In this document: piece by piece, positions 37,293-47,291 of the stretch | Position numbering within the stretch: position 1 is the first letter of the stretch | Layout: the number at the start of each line of letters is the position of its first letter | Virus record (IMG/VR): IMGVR_UViG_3300024348_000017 | Span: 26,869-90,868 of that record | Length of the DNA: 64,000 bases | Direction: 5' to 3' (one strand) | Source: a virus | The notes under the pieces: generated by a model | What the model was told of the DNA's origin: nothing | The model's database searches: none | Seen by the model: the letters and a program-made list of their open reading frames with translations, nothing else | Program-made: the position numbers and the translations under genes

Positions 37293-38588
37293 TTATACTT
37301 TATTTAAGGTTGGTAACTTGCTTTTTTTCAATTTAGGTAAAGGAATTTCTTTAGGTACAATACTTTTATCTAATATACCAACTAATTTTTCTTCCATTTT
37401 TTCTAAACTAAATTCAGTACGACAAATATACGACTGTCTTTTTGCTTTTTCAAGGTATTCATCATAGTCAGTATAAATCGCCTTTAATCCTAATGACGCT
37501 TCATCATAGCTAGGAGTAAACCATTTTGATTCTGCTATTAACATATTTTCTTGAACTGCACTCTTATCTATTGGTTTTAATTCACCACCAACGAATAAAC
37601 TGAATTCTTTATTTAAGAAATCTGTATGTCCGCTCCACCCACTAACTATAATTGGTTTTTGTGACTGAGTAAATTCGATTAATGGTCTACCATATCCTTC
37701 ACCTTTAGTTAAGCTAAACATAGCTTTTACTTTAGGATGGTTATATAAACTATTCATCTCACTATCAGTTAATTCACCGTGTAGTAAATAAATGTTTGGT
37801 AATTCACCTTCAACCATTGATTTAATTTCTTCAATTTTAGCAAGCATGCTGTCTCTATCCATAATAGAATAAGTTCCACCATTTACTTTTAAAAGTAATC
37901 CTGGTTTTATTTTTCTATTTTTGAATGTTTCAAGGAAGGTTTTAATTGTTCCTCCCATATTTTTTCTATCTTCACCAAAATTTCCTTGTAACCAATGTCC
38001 TACAACTAAGAAGTTAAAATCTTCAGGAATGCCTTGTAGCACATAATCTAAGTTTTCATCAATACCTGTTTCTTTTTTATAAATGTTAGTATCAACACCC
38101 TCAAATAACACCTCCATTGGAACTGTTGTTTGAATAATACTTACAATTTCTTCAGGATTGTCTTTTTTACGTTGTTCGTATTTAGAATTTTGAAATACAT
38201 TTTTAGCATGGTTACATGACGTTAATACTAAATCCATTCTATTACATCCTTCAATCCATGGGGTTGAACATAAATCCGTCTCAATACCAGCAGTAATACC
38301 AATATTAAATGTACCTAACTTTTGAAATTCATTTGGTACAGTAATCTGTATCCAAACATCAGGCACACCTTCTAATTTATTATTACTTGGTTGAATGCAA
38401 TCAATAATTTTCTTATGATCAGGAATATCAGCATTCAAGAATCCAAATGGAGTACCACCCCATCTTTGTGATAGAATTTTTACTTCGTATTTTTCTGAGT
38501 TAATAATTGCTTTAACTACGTCTCTTGACCTTGCTCCATATCCACTGAATGTGTCTATTGGGCAACTAATTGCTATAACTGGTTTCAT
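37293..38588 (-). CDS. glycosyltransferase family 4
   Basis: SGYG, RKN, KGEGYGRPLIE. Confidence 0.88.
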   Translation of the reverse strand: MKPVIAISCPIDTFSGYGARSRDVVKAIINSEKYEVKILSQRWGGTPFGFLNADIPDHKKIIDCIQPSNNKLEGVPDVWIQITVPNEFQKLGTFNIGITAGIETDLCSTPWIEGCNRMDLVLTSCNHAKNVFQNSKYEQRKKDNPEEIVSIIQTTVPMEVLFEGVDTNIYKKETGIDENLDYVLQGIPEDFNFLVVGHWLQGNFGEDRKNMGGTIKTFLETFKNRKIKPGLLLKVNGGTYSIMDRDSMLAKIEEIKSMVEGELPNIYLLHGELTDSEMNSLYNHPKVKAMFSLTKGEGYGRPLIEFTQSQKPIIVSGWSGHTDFLNKEFSLFVGGELKPIDKSAVQENMLIAESKWFTPSYDEASLGLKAIYTDYDEYLEKAKRQSYICRTEFSLEKMEEKLVGILDKSIVPKEIPLPKLKKSKLPTLNKV

Positions 38589-38590
38589 AA

Positions 38591-40072
38591 CTATTTTGCT
38601 ATTAAATAAGGATTATAATGTATTGGTTGATTTAATGTTTCTACAGGTATTAATTCATATGAGTATCTTGGTGTCCATTTTTCTAATGTTTCCTCAATAC
38701 CTTCAATAATGTTTTTAGACATCCATCTAGCTGACATCATTGATTCATCTGAAGTTACCCACTCATAAGCGGCCTTACAAATTTCTTCATACGTTTCTAA
38801 TCTAGTATGAGATCCATATTCAGCAACTTGATTAGTTTTTATGGCGTATATTTCTTGAATTTGAGAAGCTATATCATCTGTAGATACTCTATCATCGTAA
38901 ATGTAAGGAGTTGGTATTGACCCTACAAGTGAGTGATTATTAGGAAATACTGGGAAAGCCCATTTGCCATGTTTCTTATATTTACCTCTATGATTCGAAC
39001 CGAATTCTTCTGTAAATTTAACCCACTTACCATTTTCATCTTCAAAACGCATCTGGTCCTGCATACCGCCTGTTACAGTAGCTATAATTGGCTTACCAGC
39101 CATCATTGCTTCTGTTAATGATAATCCCCATCCTTCATTTGATGAAACTAAAGCACATCCATCAGTAATATTATAAAGTAAGTTCATTACTTGAGCTGGA
39201 TGTTTGTGTTGGGAGAATATTACATTGCCTCCCTCTTTTCCAAACATCATATCTCTAACCGCTATTAAATCTGTACCATGCTCATCTTTCATTTGGGTAT
39301 GCATTACAAAGGCAACCTTATCTGCTTTATCCTTTGGTAATGAATCTCGGAATAACTTCCAAGCTAACATTAAGTCAGGAGCTGATTTACGTCTGATGTT
39401 TCTAGCATTATATAATAGAGTAAATTCATATTCTTTACCTTTAAATAATTGCTTTTTAAATTCATCCATAGCAAGATACTCAGGCATTGCCTCAGTAATA
39501 GGAAAGAATATACTTTCATTTATTCCATGAGGGATATATTTGATTATTTTTTCTTCAGCTACTTCACCTAATACAACACGATTAATGTTTTCTGTTTGTT
39601 TGCTGATAGCAAATAAAGCATCACACGATTCGTAGTATGATTTGTTATACATTGGATAAGGTAAATCATCCCAAATATTTAAATAAATAATTGGTAACTG
39701 CTTTCTTATCTCATGTTCGCCTTGAAATAACCAAATCCAATATCTTGGATCAGTAAAGATCATTAATGCGTCTGGTTTTTCAAGTTGGATAAGTTGTCTT
39801 AACCATTCCATATTACCATATCCTTTTACAGGATAAATAAATACGCTTGAATCTTCTATTCCAGCATGTTCGTTTGTGCTAGCACAGATATCTAATTTTT
39901 TACCTTCTTCGGGATGGTTAATTCCACCACCTAAGTTAATCCAATTAAAACGATGAGCGGTACCTACCACTATTTCTCTAGCCATGGTAGATATACCGCT
40001 CGTCATTCTTATATCATCGCAAAGTAATAAAATTTTCTTTCTATCCTCTTGTTTAATATAACCTTCTTTCAT
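38591..40072 (-). CDS. glycosyltransferase family 4
   Basis: IPHGI, RNIRRK, NEGWGLSLTEAM. Confidence 0.9.
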   Translation of the reverse strand: MKEGYIKQEDRKKILLLCDDIRMTSGISTMAREIVVGTAHRFNWINLGGGINHPEEGKKLDICASTNEHAGIEDSSVFIYPVKGYGNMEWLRQLIQLEKPDALMIFTDPRYWIWLFQGEHEIRKQLPIIYLNIWDDLPYPMYNKSYYESCDALFAISKQTENINRVVLGEVAEEKIIKYIPHGINESIFFPITEAMPEYLAMDEFKKQLFKGKEYEFTLLYNARNIRRKSAPDLMLAWKLFRDSLPKDKADKVAFVMHTQMKDEHGTDLIAVRDMMFGKEGGNVIFSQHKHPAQVMNLLYNITDGCALVSSNEGWGLSLTEAMMAGKPIIATVTGGMQDQMRFEDENGKWVKFTEEFGSNHRGKYKKHGKWAFPVFPNNHSLVGSIPTPYIYDDRVSTDDIASQIQEIYAIKTNQVAEYGSHTRLETYEEICKAAYEWVTSDESMMSARWMSKNIIEGIEETLEKWTPRYSYELIPVETLNQPIHYNPYLIAK

Positions 40073-40079
40073 AACGTAA

Positions 40080-40274
40080 TTAGTCTTCTTTTTTCAGTTG
40101 TGTGTTTAATTGGTTGTGCATCGTTTTGCGATACTCATCATCGGTTAAATACAAATACATTGCGCGTTCTGTTAATTTCTGAATACTGAATTTATGTTTT
40201 ACGCAAGCTATTTTAAATTCTTCAAATAATGATTCGGGTATTTTTACACTGGTTAATTGCATTTTATCTGCCAT
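40080..40274 (-). CDS. ribbon-helix-helix-like regulator
   Basis: LTSVKIPESLFEEFKIAC...IQKLTERAMYLY. Confidence 0.6.
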   Translation of the reverse strand: MADKMQLTSVKIPESLFEEFKIACVKHKFSIQKLTERAMYLYLTDDEYRKTMHNQLNTQLKKED

Positions 40275-40303
40275 AATAATATATTTGATATAAATATATA
40301 CAA

Positions 40304-41248
40304 CTATACGGAGGATGCAATTTTATCGCAGAGTTCTGGTAGGTCACGATAAGGGCACCACTTACATGCATTTTCACCAACATTTTTAAGATACGACTTT
40401 ATTTGGGGTTTACCAAATTCATCAAAGCAATCTTTAATAAATGCTTGAAAGTTATCTACTGCTTGTTTACGCTTATTTTTCCCACTTGCTGGTTTGAATG
40501 ATTGAGTTCTGGGAGTTGGGTATTCTGATTGCTCCCAGATTTTTCGTTTAACGATGAAGTATTCAACTTCGATTTTCCCAACATCAACCCCAAATTGTTT
40601 TGAAAAGTACTCCTTGTATAATAAGACTTGAGCAATTTTACTATCGTCTTTCTTTTCTTTATCGCTCCATCCTCGTGTTGATGTTTTGATGTCATATATA
40701 TAAATTTTATCTAAATCTTCATCATATAATACAAAGTCAATAAATCCTTTTAAAAATATATTATTAGCTACGTTTATCATTAAAGGTATTTCAATACCTA
40801 ATAATTTTACTCTGCGGATTGTAAATAATTTATTCCTATTCTTCTTAATAAACTGGATAATAGCTATGGCGTCCTCATAAAAATCACCCATTTCCTGAGG
40901 TGTTGTAAAATGAGCACCCATCTTTTTATATTCCTTAGAATATACTTTAGAGAAGTTTTCCTGAAATAATATTTCAAGATCCATTCTATCTGCCTCAGCT
41001 CCACTCTGATTGTACATCACATCAAGATATGATTGTATTGTTTCGTGAAACGCAGTTCCAAATACAGTATGTATGCTGGCTTGGTATGGTTGTTTATTCT
41101 CTACATAGGTAAGATACCACTTATGAGGACATGAGTCCCACATTGAGAATTGAGAATAAGATACAGTTTTATGAAACGCCGGATTAACCTCAGGGGCTTG
41201 ATGACTCTTTATCTTAAGTTCAATCTCAGATAATTTTTTCTTTGCCAC
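40304..41248 (-). CDS. PD-(D/E)XK nuclease (RecB/Cas4-like)
   Basis: SYSQ..CP, GTAFH, GFID, DIKT, CKWCPY. Confidence 0.88.
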   Translation of the reverse strand: MAKKKLSEIELKIKSHQAPEVNPAFHKTVSYSQFSMWDSCPHKWYLTYVENKQPYQASIHTVFGTAFHETIQSYLDVMYNQSGAEADRMDLEILFQENFSKVYSKEYKKMGAHFTTPQEMGDFYEDAIAIIQFIKKNRNKLFTIRRVKLLGIEIPLMINVANNIFLKGFIDFVLYDEDLDKIYIYDIKTSTRGWSDKEKKDDSKIAQVLLYKEYFSKQFGVDVGKIEVEYFIVKRKIWEQSEYPTPRTQSFKPASGKNKRKQAVDNFQAFIKDCFDEFGKPQIKSYLKNVGENACKWCPYRDLPELCDKIASSV

Positions 41249-41480
41249 TGATTTCTTGTTTAATTTTTTCTAAATACAAGATAGCATCCATATGCTCTTG
41301 TTTAGCATGTTCAATCCATTCAAGTATAGGTAAATCATTACGATCTAAATTAACACCGTATTTTTTATGACCCATAAGGGCTCTAGTTGTGAATTGATTT
41401 AAAATTGAGCTAACAACTGAATCTAATTGTACTAGCTCTCCATTTTCATCTTCAACGTAGTGATATTCTTTAGTTACCAT
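41226..41480 (-). CDS. all-alpha NTP pyrophosphatase-like protein
   Basis: KKYG..L.R.DL, EHMDAILYLEK. Confidence 0.6.
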   Translation of the reverse strand: MVTKEYHYVEDENGELVQLDSVVSSILNQFTTRALMGHKKYGVNLDRNDLPILEWIEHAKQEHMDAILYLEKIKQEISGKEKII

Positions 41481-41844
41481 TGATTTGTTGTGTTATATTT
41501 TTTAATTCATCTTTAGGTAGCATATCAATATATTCTTTAGCTTCCTTTTTACTAATTTCAAAGTATAAAGATACTGCCTCTATATCGCCAGCATCGTAAT
41601 CTTTCTTCTTGGTTGATTTAATATATTTAAGATACTTGTATTGTTTAGGAATAAGATCCTTATACAGATTGTATAGGTACTCACCTTTCATTTGCCAAGT
41701 ATTCTTTTGAACCATATTAACTACCTCACAATAGTCCGGATCCATACTTAAAAAGCGATTAATCATCCAGTTGTTCCAACCTTCATCGCCTAAGTAAACA
41801 TCCTTATTAGTTGTAATATTCTTAATATGATCAAATATATTCAT
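41470..41844 (-). CDS. clamp loader small subunit (T4 gp62-like)
   Basis: MINRFLS, YLKYIK, EAKEY; next to the clamp-loader ATPase. Confidence 0.75.
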   Translation of the reverse strand: MNIFDHIKNITTNKDVYLGDEGWNNWMINRFLSMDPDYCEVVNMVQKNTWQMKGEYLYNLYKDLIPKQYKYLKYIKSTKKKDYDAGDIEAVSLYFEISKKEAKEYIDMLPKDELKNITQQINGN

Positions 41845-42113
41845 TAGTATGTTTTATTGTTCTGTAATACATCATTTCTAGTCTTATCAATACGACTTGT
41901 AAAATGACTGTACTGAGATTTGATTTGTTTGTCTACATTACTAATTGACTCTCTTGTTTCATTGGTAAATTTAGGTACCCATGTATTGATATTATTCAAT
42001 TCTATATTTAATCGATCAATCTGCTCTTGTAGTTTATCTGATCTTTTAGCTCCGTAATACGCTGTAATAGCGTTTGATATTGCTATTAACAATATTGTTA
42101 TTGATATCATCAT
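41844..42113 (-). CDS. membrane-anchored coiled-coil protein
   Basis: N-terminal hydrophobic helix. Confidence 0.5.
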   Translation of the reverse strand: MMISITILLIAISNAITAYYGAKRSDKLQEQIDRLNIELNNINTWVPKFTNETRESISNVDKQIKSQYSHFTSRIDKTRNDVLQNNKTY

Positions 42114-42115
42114 AA

Positions 42116-42415
42116 TTAAAATGTTATTATTTTAGCACCTTTGTTTTCTTCTACTTCAACCTCAGGTTCAATAGTTTCTTCTTTAGGTGTTGCTTGTTGT
42201 CTCATTTGTATTGGTAAGAATTCTTCATTTACATTACCACAACTCATACAAGCGAATACTTGAATAGGAATCAAAGCATCTTGTGCTGTTCCTGTTAATA
42301 ATCGAGATGCTTTTCTAAGCAATACTCCTTCTTGGAAAACTTGACTACCGCACTTGTTGCAAGATATTGGTTGGGTTTTGTCTAATCCAATGTTTAGGTT
42401 CATTTGTTGATCCAT
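42116..42415 (-). CDS. Zn-ribbon protein
   Basis: CNKCG...CMSCG. Confidence 0.65.
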   Translation of the reverse strand: MDQQMNLNIGLDKTQPISCNKCGSQVFQEGVLLRKASRLLTGTAQDALIPIQVFACMSCGNVNEEFLPIQMRQQATPKEETIEPEVEVEENKGAKIITF

Positions 42416-43338
42416 TATAATATTTGTTTTTTATTTGTTTCTAATACTTTAGCAATTGCTGCTGCAAAATTTATTTCTTTATCCGGAACCACTGATGAGC
42501 GCCAAATGAAATCATCTAATATAACTGATAGTTCAGCATCGTGTCCGTAACTAAATTCAGATAAGTGCTCAAACATATATCTATAAGCGGTTTGAAAATC
42601 ATCTACTTGCGAGTCAGCCACCAACTGTCTAATTTCATACCACGCCTTTTTATCGCGTTTATTTAATATTTGAATTAATTGCTTACACCAGTTGTCATCT
42701 ATAGTATCCACAACTAAAGTACCGCCTTGAGAAAATTGTTGTAATGTTTTAAGAATAGAACGTACATCAGGATAAAATATATTAATTATCTGAGCTACGT
42801 CTTTCATATCATATTTAATATTTTCAACATCAAGAACGTTTAAACATAAATGTTTAGCAACGGACCCTTTAGTTGGAGGTTTTAACATATGAACTTCACA
42901 ACGTGATTGAAGCGGTTCAATTAAACGCTCTAAATAATTACAAGTCAATATAAAGCGAGTATATGCTGAGTATTCTTCAATTATATTACGTAATGCTGCT
43001 TGAGCGGGTTGAGTTAAGAAGTCTGCTTCATCTAATATTACAACCTTAAGTGGTTGAAATGATGCTGTTGAAGCAAATCCTTTTACTTTATCTCTAATAG
43101 TATCAATTCCATTCTCATCGCTGGCGTTAATATAAAGATAATCGCATTGGATGTTCTTGACAATTAACTTCGCGAGTGTAGTTTTTCCTGTTCCTGCGCT
43201 ACCAGCGAAGATGAAATGGGGTATGTCGTTTTTAGCAATACAATCGGTGATGCGGGTTTTAACCGCATCATTGCCGATGTACTGTTCTAAGGTTTGTGAC
43301 CTATATTTTTCTATCCAGAGTGTGTGTTGCTTGTTCAT
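42415..43338 (-). CDS. clamp loader AAA+ subunit (RFC/T4 gp44-like)
   Basis: WIEKYR, GTGKT, NASD, LDEAD, SRC. Confidence 0.95.
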   Translation of the reverse strand: MNKQHTLWIEKYRSQTLEQYIGNDAVKTRITDCIAKNDIPHFIFAGSAGTGKTTLAKLIVKNIQCDYLYINASDENGIDTIRDKVKGFASTASFQPLKVVILDEADFLTQPAQAALRNIIEEYSAYTRFILTCNYLERLIEPLQSRCEVHMLKPPTKGSVAKHLCLNVLDVENIKYDMKDVAQIINIFYPDVRSILKTLQQFSQGGTLVVDTIDDNWCKQLIQILNKRDKKAWYEIRQLVADSQVDDFQTAYRYMFEHLSEFSYGHDAELSVILDDFIWRSSVVPDKEINFAAAIAKVLETNKKQIL

Positions 43339-43700
43339 AACTGATTTTGGTGTTTAATAACATTATTAATATATGCCTCTATATTTGCCTTACCAACGGG
43401 GTTTGCAGAATGACAATTCCATTTTGGGTATGGTTTATTTGTTAGTAAACAGTGTTGTCCTAACCATTTAGCAGCATCATAACCACTTTTAGTTTCCTTC
43501 TTTTGCTCTCTTGCTTTACGCTTAAGCATTCCTGCTTCTACTTTTGCTTTAGCAACGTCTTCTCCCAAATCATGGTCAAATGATACTTCATCAGGAATGC
43601 CATTAAATCTAACCCATGCTACGAAATCTTCGTAGTTACGAACGATATCCCACCCCTCTGTTTGTGGAGTGCGGATATCGTCTAAATATAACTTTTTCAT
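43335..43700 (-). CDS. cyclic-phosphate processing receiver-like domain protein
   Basis: LYLDDIR, SFDHDLG, GYD, HSANPVG. Confidence 0.75.
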   Translation of the reverse strand: MKKLYLDDIRTPQTEGWDIVRNYEDFVAWVRFNGIPDEVSFDHDLGEDVAKAKVEAGMLKRKAREQKKETKSGYDAAKWLGQHCLLTNKPYPKWNCHSANPVGKANIEAYINNVIKHQNQL

Positions 43701-43709
43701 ACATTGAAT

Positions 43710-45332
43710 CTACATACCTAACCCTGCCATACCACCCATATCATCCTTCTTCTCATCTGGTTTTTCATTAATAACACATTCAGTCATTAATAATGTAATG
43801 GCGGCTGCGGCTGCGTTTTCAAGTGCGCAACGTACCACCTTAGTAGGATCAATAATACCTGATTCAAATGCATCTACCATTTCTCCACTATTAATATTAG
43901 GAACAGATTTTGAATCTGTAACTTTTAATAATTTAAGATACCACTCACTATATGATTCACCAGCATTAGATAAAATTTGTTTAAGTGGAGTATTGCACGA
44001 TTGGAATACTATTTGTTTACCTTTACCAAAATCGGTTTTATCACGATTAGTAATAGAGAACTTAGCATCAACTAAAGCCATACCAGCACCTGGAACGATA
44101 CCTTCTTCTAAAGCCGCTTTTGTAGCTTGTAAAGCATCATCAATACGATCTTTTTTCTCATCAATCTCAATTTCATTACCACCACCAACATTGATAATAG
44201 CAACACCACCAACCATTTTACCTAAACGCTCTTGATATTTTTCAATTTCATAAGGTGTGGTATCTGGTTTATCCATCTGAGCTTTAATATTTAAAATACG
44301 CTCTTCAATTTTATCAATATTACCTTTACCATCAACAATTGTAGTTACATCTTTACTAACAGTAACTACTCTAGATTTACCTAACCAGGTAATATCTAAT
44401 TTTGCTAATGTCATTCCTTTATCATTTGAAACAACTGTTCCTCCTGTTAAAGTAGCAATATCTTCCAAAATTGCTGTTCTACGATCTCCAAAGTCAGGTG
44501 CTTTAACAGCACATACTTGTAATACACCACGTGCTTTATTCATTACTAATGTCGCTAACGCTTCACCATCAATGTCTTCAGCAATAATTAAAAGAGATTT
44601 ACTCTCAGTAGAAACACGTTCAAGCAATGGAAGTAAATCCTTAACTGCACTAATACGTTTATCATAAATTAAAATATAGGGTTCATTTAATGTAACTTGC
44701 ATTGTGTTGTTATCGGTTACAAAGTAAGGAGATTTATAACCTCTATCAAATTGCATACCTTCTACAACCTCTAATGTTGTTTCACCTGTACGAGATTTCT
44801 CTACAGTAACAACACCATCTCTACCTACTTTATCAATAGCGGTAGCTACAATATTACCAATTTCTTCATCACCATTAGCTGACAATGTAGCTACTTGTTT
44901 AATTTGTGCCTCATCTGTAATGTCTACAGATATTGCTTTTAATTCAGCTACTACTTCTTTAACAGCAGCTTCAATACCACGTTTTACTTGAGTAGCATTT
45001 GTTGATGCATACGCTGTAGCTTGTAGTGCTTGAGATGCAATCGAGTGAGCCAATACAGTAGATGTTGTTGTACCATCACCTGCTTGATCAACTGTCTTTG
45101 ATGCTGCTTGCTTAATAACAGTAGCAGCCATGTTTTCGATAGGATCTTCTAATGTAATTGATTTAGCTACAGTCACACCATCTTTAGTTGATGATACTTG
45201 ACCATACTCTCTCTCAATTAACACGTTACGTCCGAAAGGACCCATTGTTGTTGCTACGGCTTTGTAGACTTTGTCTACACCCGCCTGTAATTTTTCTTTT
45301 GCTTCGCGATCGAAACTGATTATTTTACTCAT
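43710..45332 (-). CDS. groEL: chaperonin GroEL
   Basis: TKDGVTVAK, GDGTTT, GMQFDRGY, GIIDP, GGM tail. Confidence 0.97.
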   Translation of the reverse strand: MSKIISFDREAKEKLQAGVDKVYKAVATTMGPFGRNVLIEREYGQVSSTKDGVTVAKSITLEDPIENMAATVIKQAASKTVDQAGDGTTTSTVLAHSIASQALQATAYASTNATQVKRGIEAAVKEVVAELKAISVDITDEAQIKQVATLSANGDEEIGNIVATAIDKVGRDGVVTVEKSRTGETTLEVVEGMQFDRGYKSPYFVTDNNTMQVTLNEPYILIYDKRISAVKDLLPLLERVSTESKSLLIIAEDIDGEALATLVMNKARGVLQVCAVKAPDFGDRRTAILEDIATLTGGTVVSNDKGMTLAKLDITWLGKSRVVTVSKDVTTIVDGKGNIDKIEERILNIKAQMDKPDTTPYEIEKYQERLGKMVGGVAIINVGGGNEIEIDEKKDRIDDALQATKAALEEGIVPGAGMALVDAKFSITNRDKTDFGKGKQIVFQSCNTPLKQILSNAGESYSEWYLKLLKVTDSKSVPNINSGEMVDAFESGIIDPTKVVRCALENAAAAAITLLMTECVINEKPDEKKDDMGGMAGLGM

Positions 45333-45627
45333 TTGTATTGTTTTCTAGTGCTATTAATAAATCTGTTTCTTTTAGAATAATATATTCTTCACCATCTACT
45401 GATATTTTATTTCCACCAAATGAAGGAAATACAACTACCTGTCCTACCTTAAGGTGCGTTTCAACGAATACTCCAGTTACTGTATAAGTTCCAGGTCCAA
45501 TCTCAACAATAGTTCCTTGTAGTGGTTTTTCTTTACCTAAATCGGCAACCACAATACGGCCGTAGGTTTGTTCTTGATTTTCATCTTGCTTAATCACAAC
45601 GTGATTATGCAGCGCTTTTATTTTCAT
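45325..45627 (-). CDS. groES: co-chaperonin GroES
   Basis: KEKPLQG, GPG, DGEEYIILKE; adjacent to groEL. Confidence 0.92.
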   Translation of the reverse strand: MKIKALHNHVVIKQDENQEQTYGRIVVADLGKEKPLQGTIVEIGPGTYTVTGVFVETHLKVGQVVVFPSFGGNKISVDGEEYIILKETDLLIALENNTNE

Positions 45628-45654
45628 ATGTAATTTTGTTTTTGTAATAAAATG

Positions 45655-46182
45655 AAGATACTGACAGGTCTTCGGTTTTCAAAACTTATTTTTTCTTAGG
45701 CACTAAGATTTGTATTTTCTTTGGTGCTCTTTCTTCTGAAACTGGAATGTCAATAATTAACAATCCTTTATCCATCGTGGCTGTTAAGCTAGTTAAATCA
45801 AATTTAGCTGCTACTTTCCAAGCCAAGTCAAAGGAACGACGTGCTATACCCTTTTGGATATAATTACGTTCTTCTTCTACTGTCTTTCTGTCGTGTGTGA
45901 TTCTAAGTGTATCTCCTTCTACTAGGATATCTAGGTCCTCTTGATTGAGACCTACCACTGCTAATTCAAATCGTAACCCGTTGTTTTCGGTTTCGTAAAT
46001 ATCAACTGGGTAGTTGATTTTGTTTTCAATTGTGTTGAATGGGGAATTTACATCTAAAAAATTCTTCCAAACAATGTCGAATGGGTCCATTGCCCAATGT
46101 TGTAATTGTGTCATTTTGTTCACATTTTGTGCTTCCCTAAGGTAAGCGGTTAATAATCGAAATAAGACCTGTCAAGTATCTT
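45655..46182. repeat. 18/19-bp inverted repeat pair flanking hsp20
   Basis: AAGATACTGACAGGTCTT (45655-45672) vs AAGACCTGTCAAGTATCTT (46164-46182). Confidence 0.8.
45686..46114 (-). CDS. small heat-shock protein (Hsp20/IbpA)
   Basis: YPVDIYE, KGIARRSF, GLLIIDIP; ATG start at MTQLQ preferred over upstream GTG. Confidence 0.93.
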   Translation of the reverse strand: MTQLQHWAMDPFDIVWKNFLDVNSPFNTIENKINYPVDIYETENNGLRFELAVVGLNQEDLDILVEGDTLRITHDRKTVEEERNYIQKGIARRSFDLAWKVAAKFDLTSLTATMDKGLLIIDIPVSEERAPKKIQILVPKKK

Positions 46183-46201
46183 AAATATAAATATATACCA
46201 A

Positions 46202-46924
46202 CTACACTTTCGCTAAGATAATATAAGAAGCTTTATGGCCTTCTTCGTTGCTAAAATCCAATTTCATAGCACCATCATTGCTAATGTATGCTCTTCCATC
46301 TGAATTATAGTTTGCGTCGAATATTGCTTTTAAGTACTCTGCATTAAATTTTAATGTAGCACTATCGGTAACTAATCCGGTAATAGGAATTTCGAATTGA
46401 ATTTTATTGGAATGGCCTTCGGGCTCGCCTAATGTAAAGTTAACCTTACATTCACTATCTTCATTTGTGTATGCTTTTAGTATTGTTGTATCCGAATTTA
46501 ATGCTTTTTTAGCTTTAATCCAATTGTTAATTAGTTCATTGTTTACTTCAAACTCATAATCGCTTTCAAAGTCACTAACTGTAAAGTTAACGTTTGGTGC
46601 TAACATTAAGTTTGCTAATGCATACTCTAAATTATATTCTTGGTCTGCTATTAATAGTTTCGTTGCTATTTTACCATCGATTTGTATATCCATAGTAAGG
46701 AATTGAGCACATATACCGACAAGCTTTAGAAATTTCGAAGTGTCGAATATTACAAATTCACTATCTGGAAATTCAAAGGGAGCCGTAACTATACCTACCA
46801 TATCTTTTGTTGGTGAGAATGTTTTGATAACTACTTCGTTATCTTTAACTGTCCACTTTACTTTTTCACCTATACCATTTAGGTAATACTTATCGATTAT
46901 CGATACTAATGATTGTTTTTCCAT
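46202..46924 (-). CDS. DNA polymerase sliding clamp (T4 gp45-like)
   Basis: 240 aa alpha/beta pattern, FVIFDTSKFL, FNAEYL; sits between polymerase and clamp loader. Confidence 0.7.
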   Translation of the reverse strand: MEKQSLVSIIDKYYLNGIGEKVKWTVKDNEVVIKTFSPTKDMVGIVTAPFEFPDSEFVIFDTSKFLKLVGICAQFLTMDIQIDGKIATKLLIADQEYNLEYALANLMLAPNVNFTVSDFESDYEFEVNNELINNWIKAKKALNSDTTILKAYTNEDSECKVNFTLGEPEGHSNKIQFEIPITGLVTDSATLKFNAEYLKAIFDANYNSDGRAYISNDGAMKLDFSNEEGHKASYIILAKV

Positions 46925-46925
46925 A

Positions 46926-47264
46926 TTATTTCCATAAAATTTGAATTCCTATAATTGATATTCCTAATCCTATACACACTAGTGTTTTAGGTGTGAATGG
47001 TTCTTTAAATAAGTAATGACTCATTATGCTAAATACAACTATACCTAAGCCAAATCCAATTAAGCGACTAGGCCATAACTGACCATCAAATGCCGCTACA
47101 AAGTATTCAACTGATTTAATGTAGAACCAACTTAAAGGTACGCTCATTAGTAATACAGGCCAAAAGTATTTAGGAAACCATCCTAATTTCATTGCGCCTT
47201 GTAATTGTAGATATGAGCCTATTTGTCCTAATAGCCCAAAGAGTATTCCATATATTATATTCAT
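46926..47264 (-). CDS. 4-TM small membrane protein (DMT/SMR-like)
   Basis: four hydrophobic helices, LFKEP motif. Confidence 0.55.
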   Translation of the reverse strand: MNIIYGILFGLLGQIGSYLQLQGAMKLGWFPKYFWPVLLMSVPLSWFYIKSVEYFVAAFDGQLWPSRLIGFGLGIVVFSIMSHYLFKEPFTPKTLVCIGLGISIIGIQILWK

Positions 47265-47291
47265 AACGTGAATGTACGATTATTATTTTGA

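Noticed and set aside
45655-46182. Insertion sequence/MITE carrying hsp20
   Set aside because: No transposase and no target-site duplication seen.
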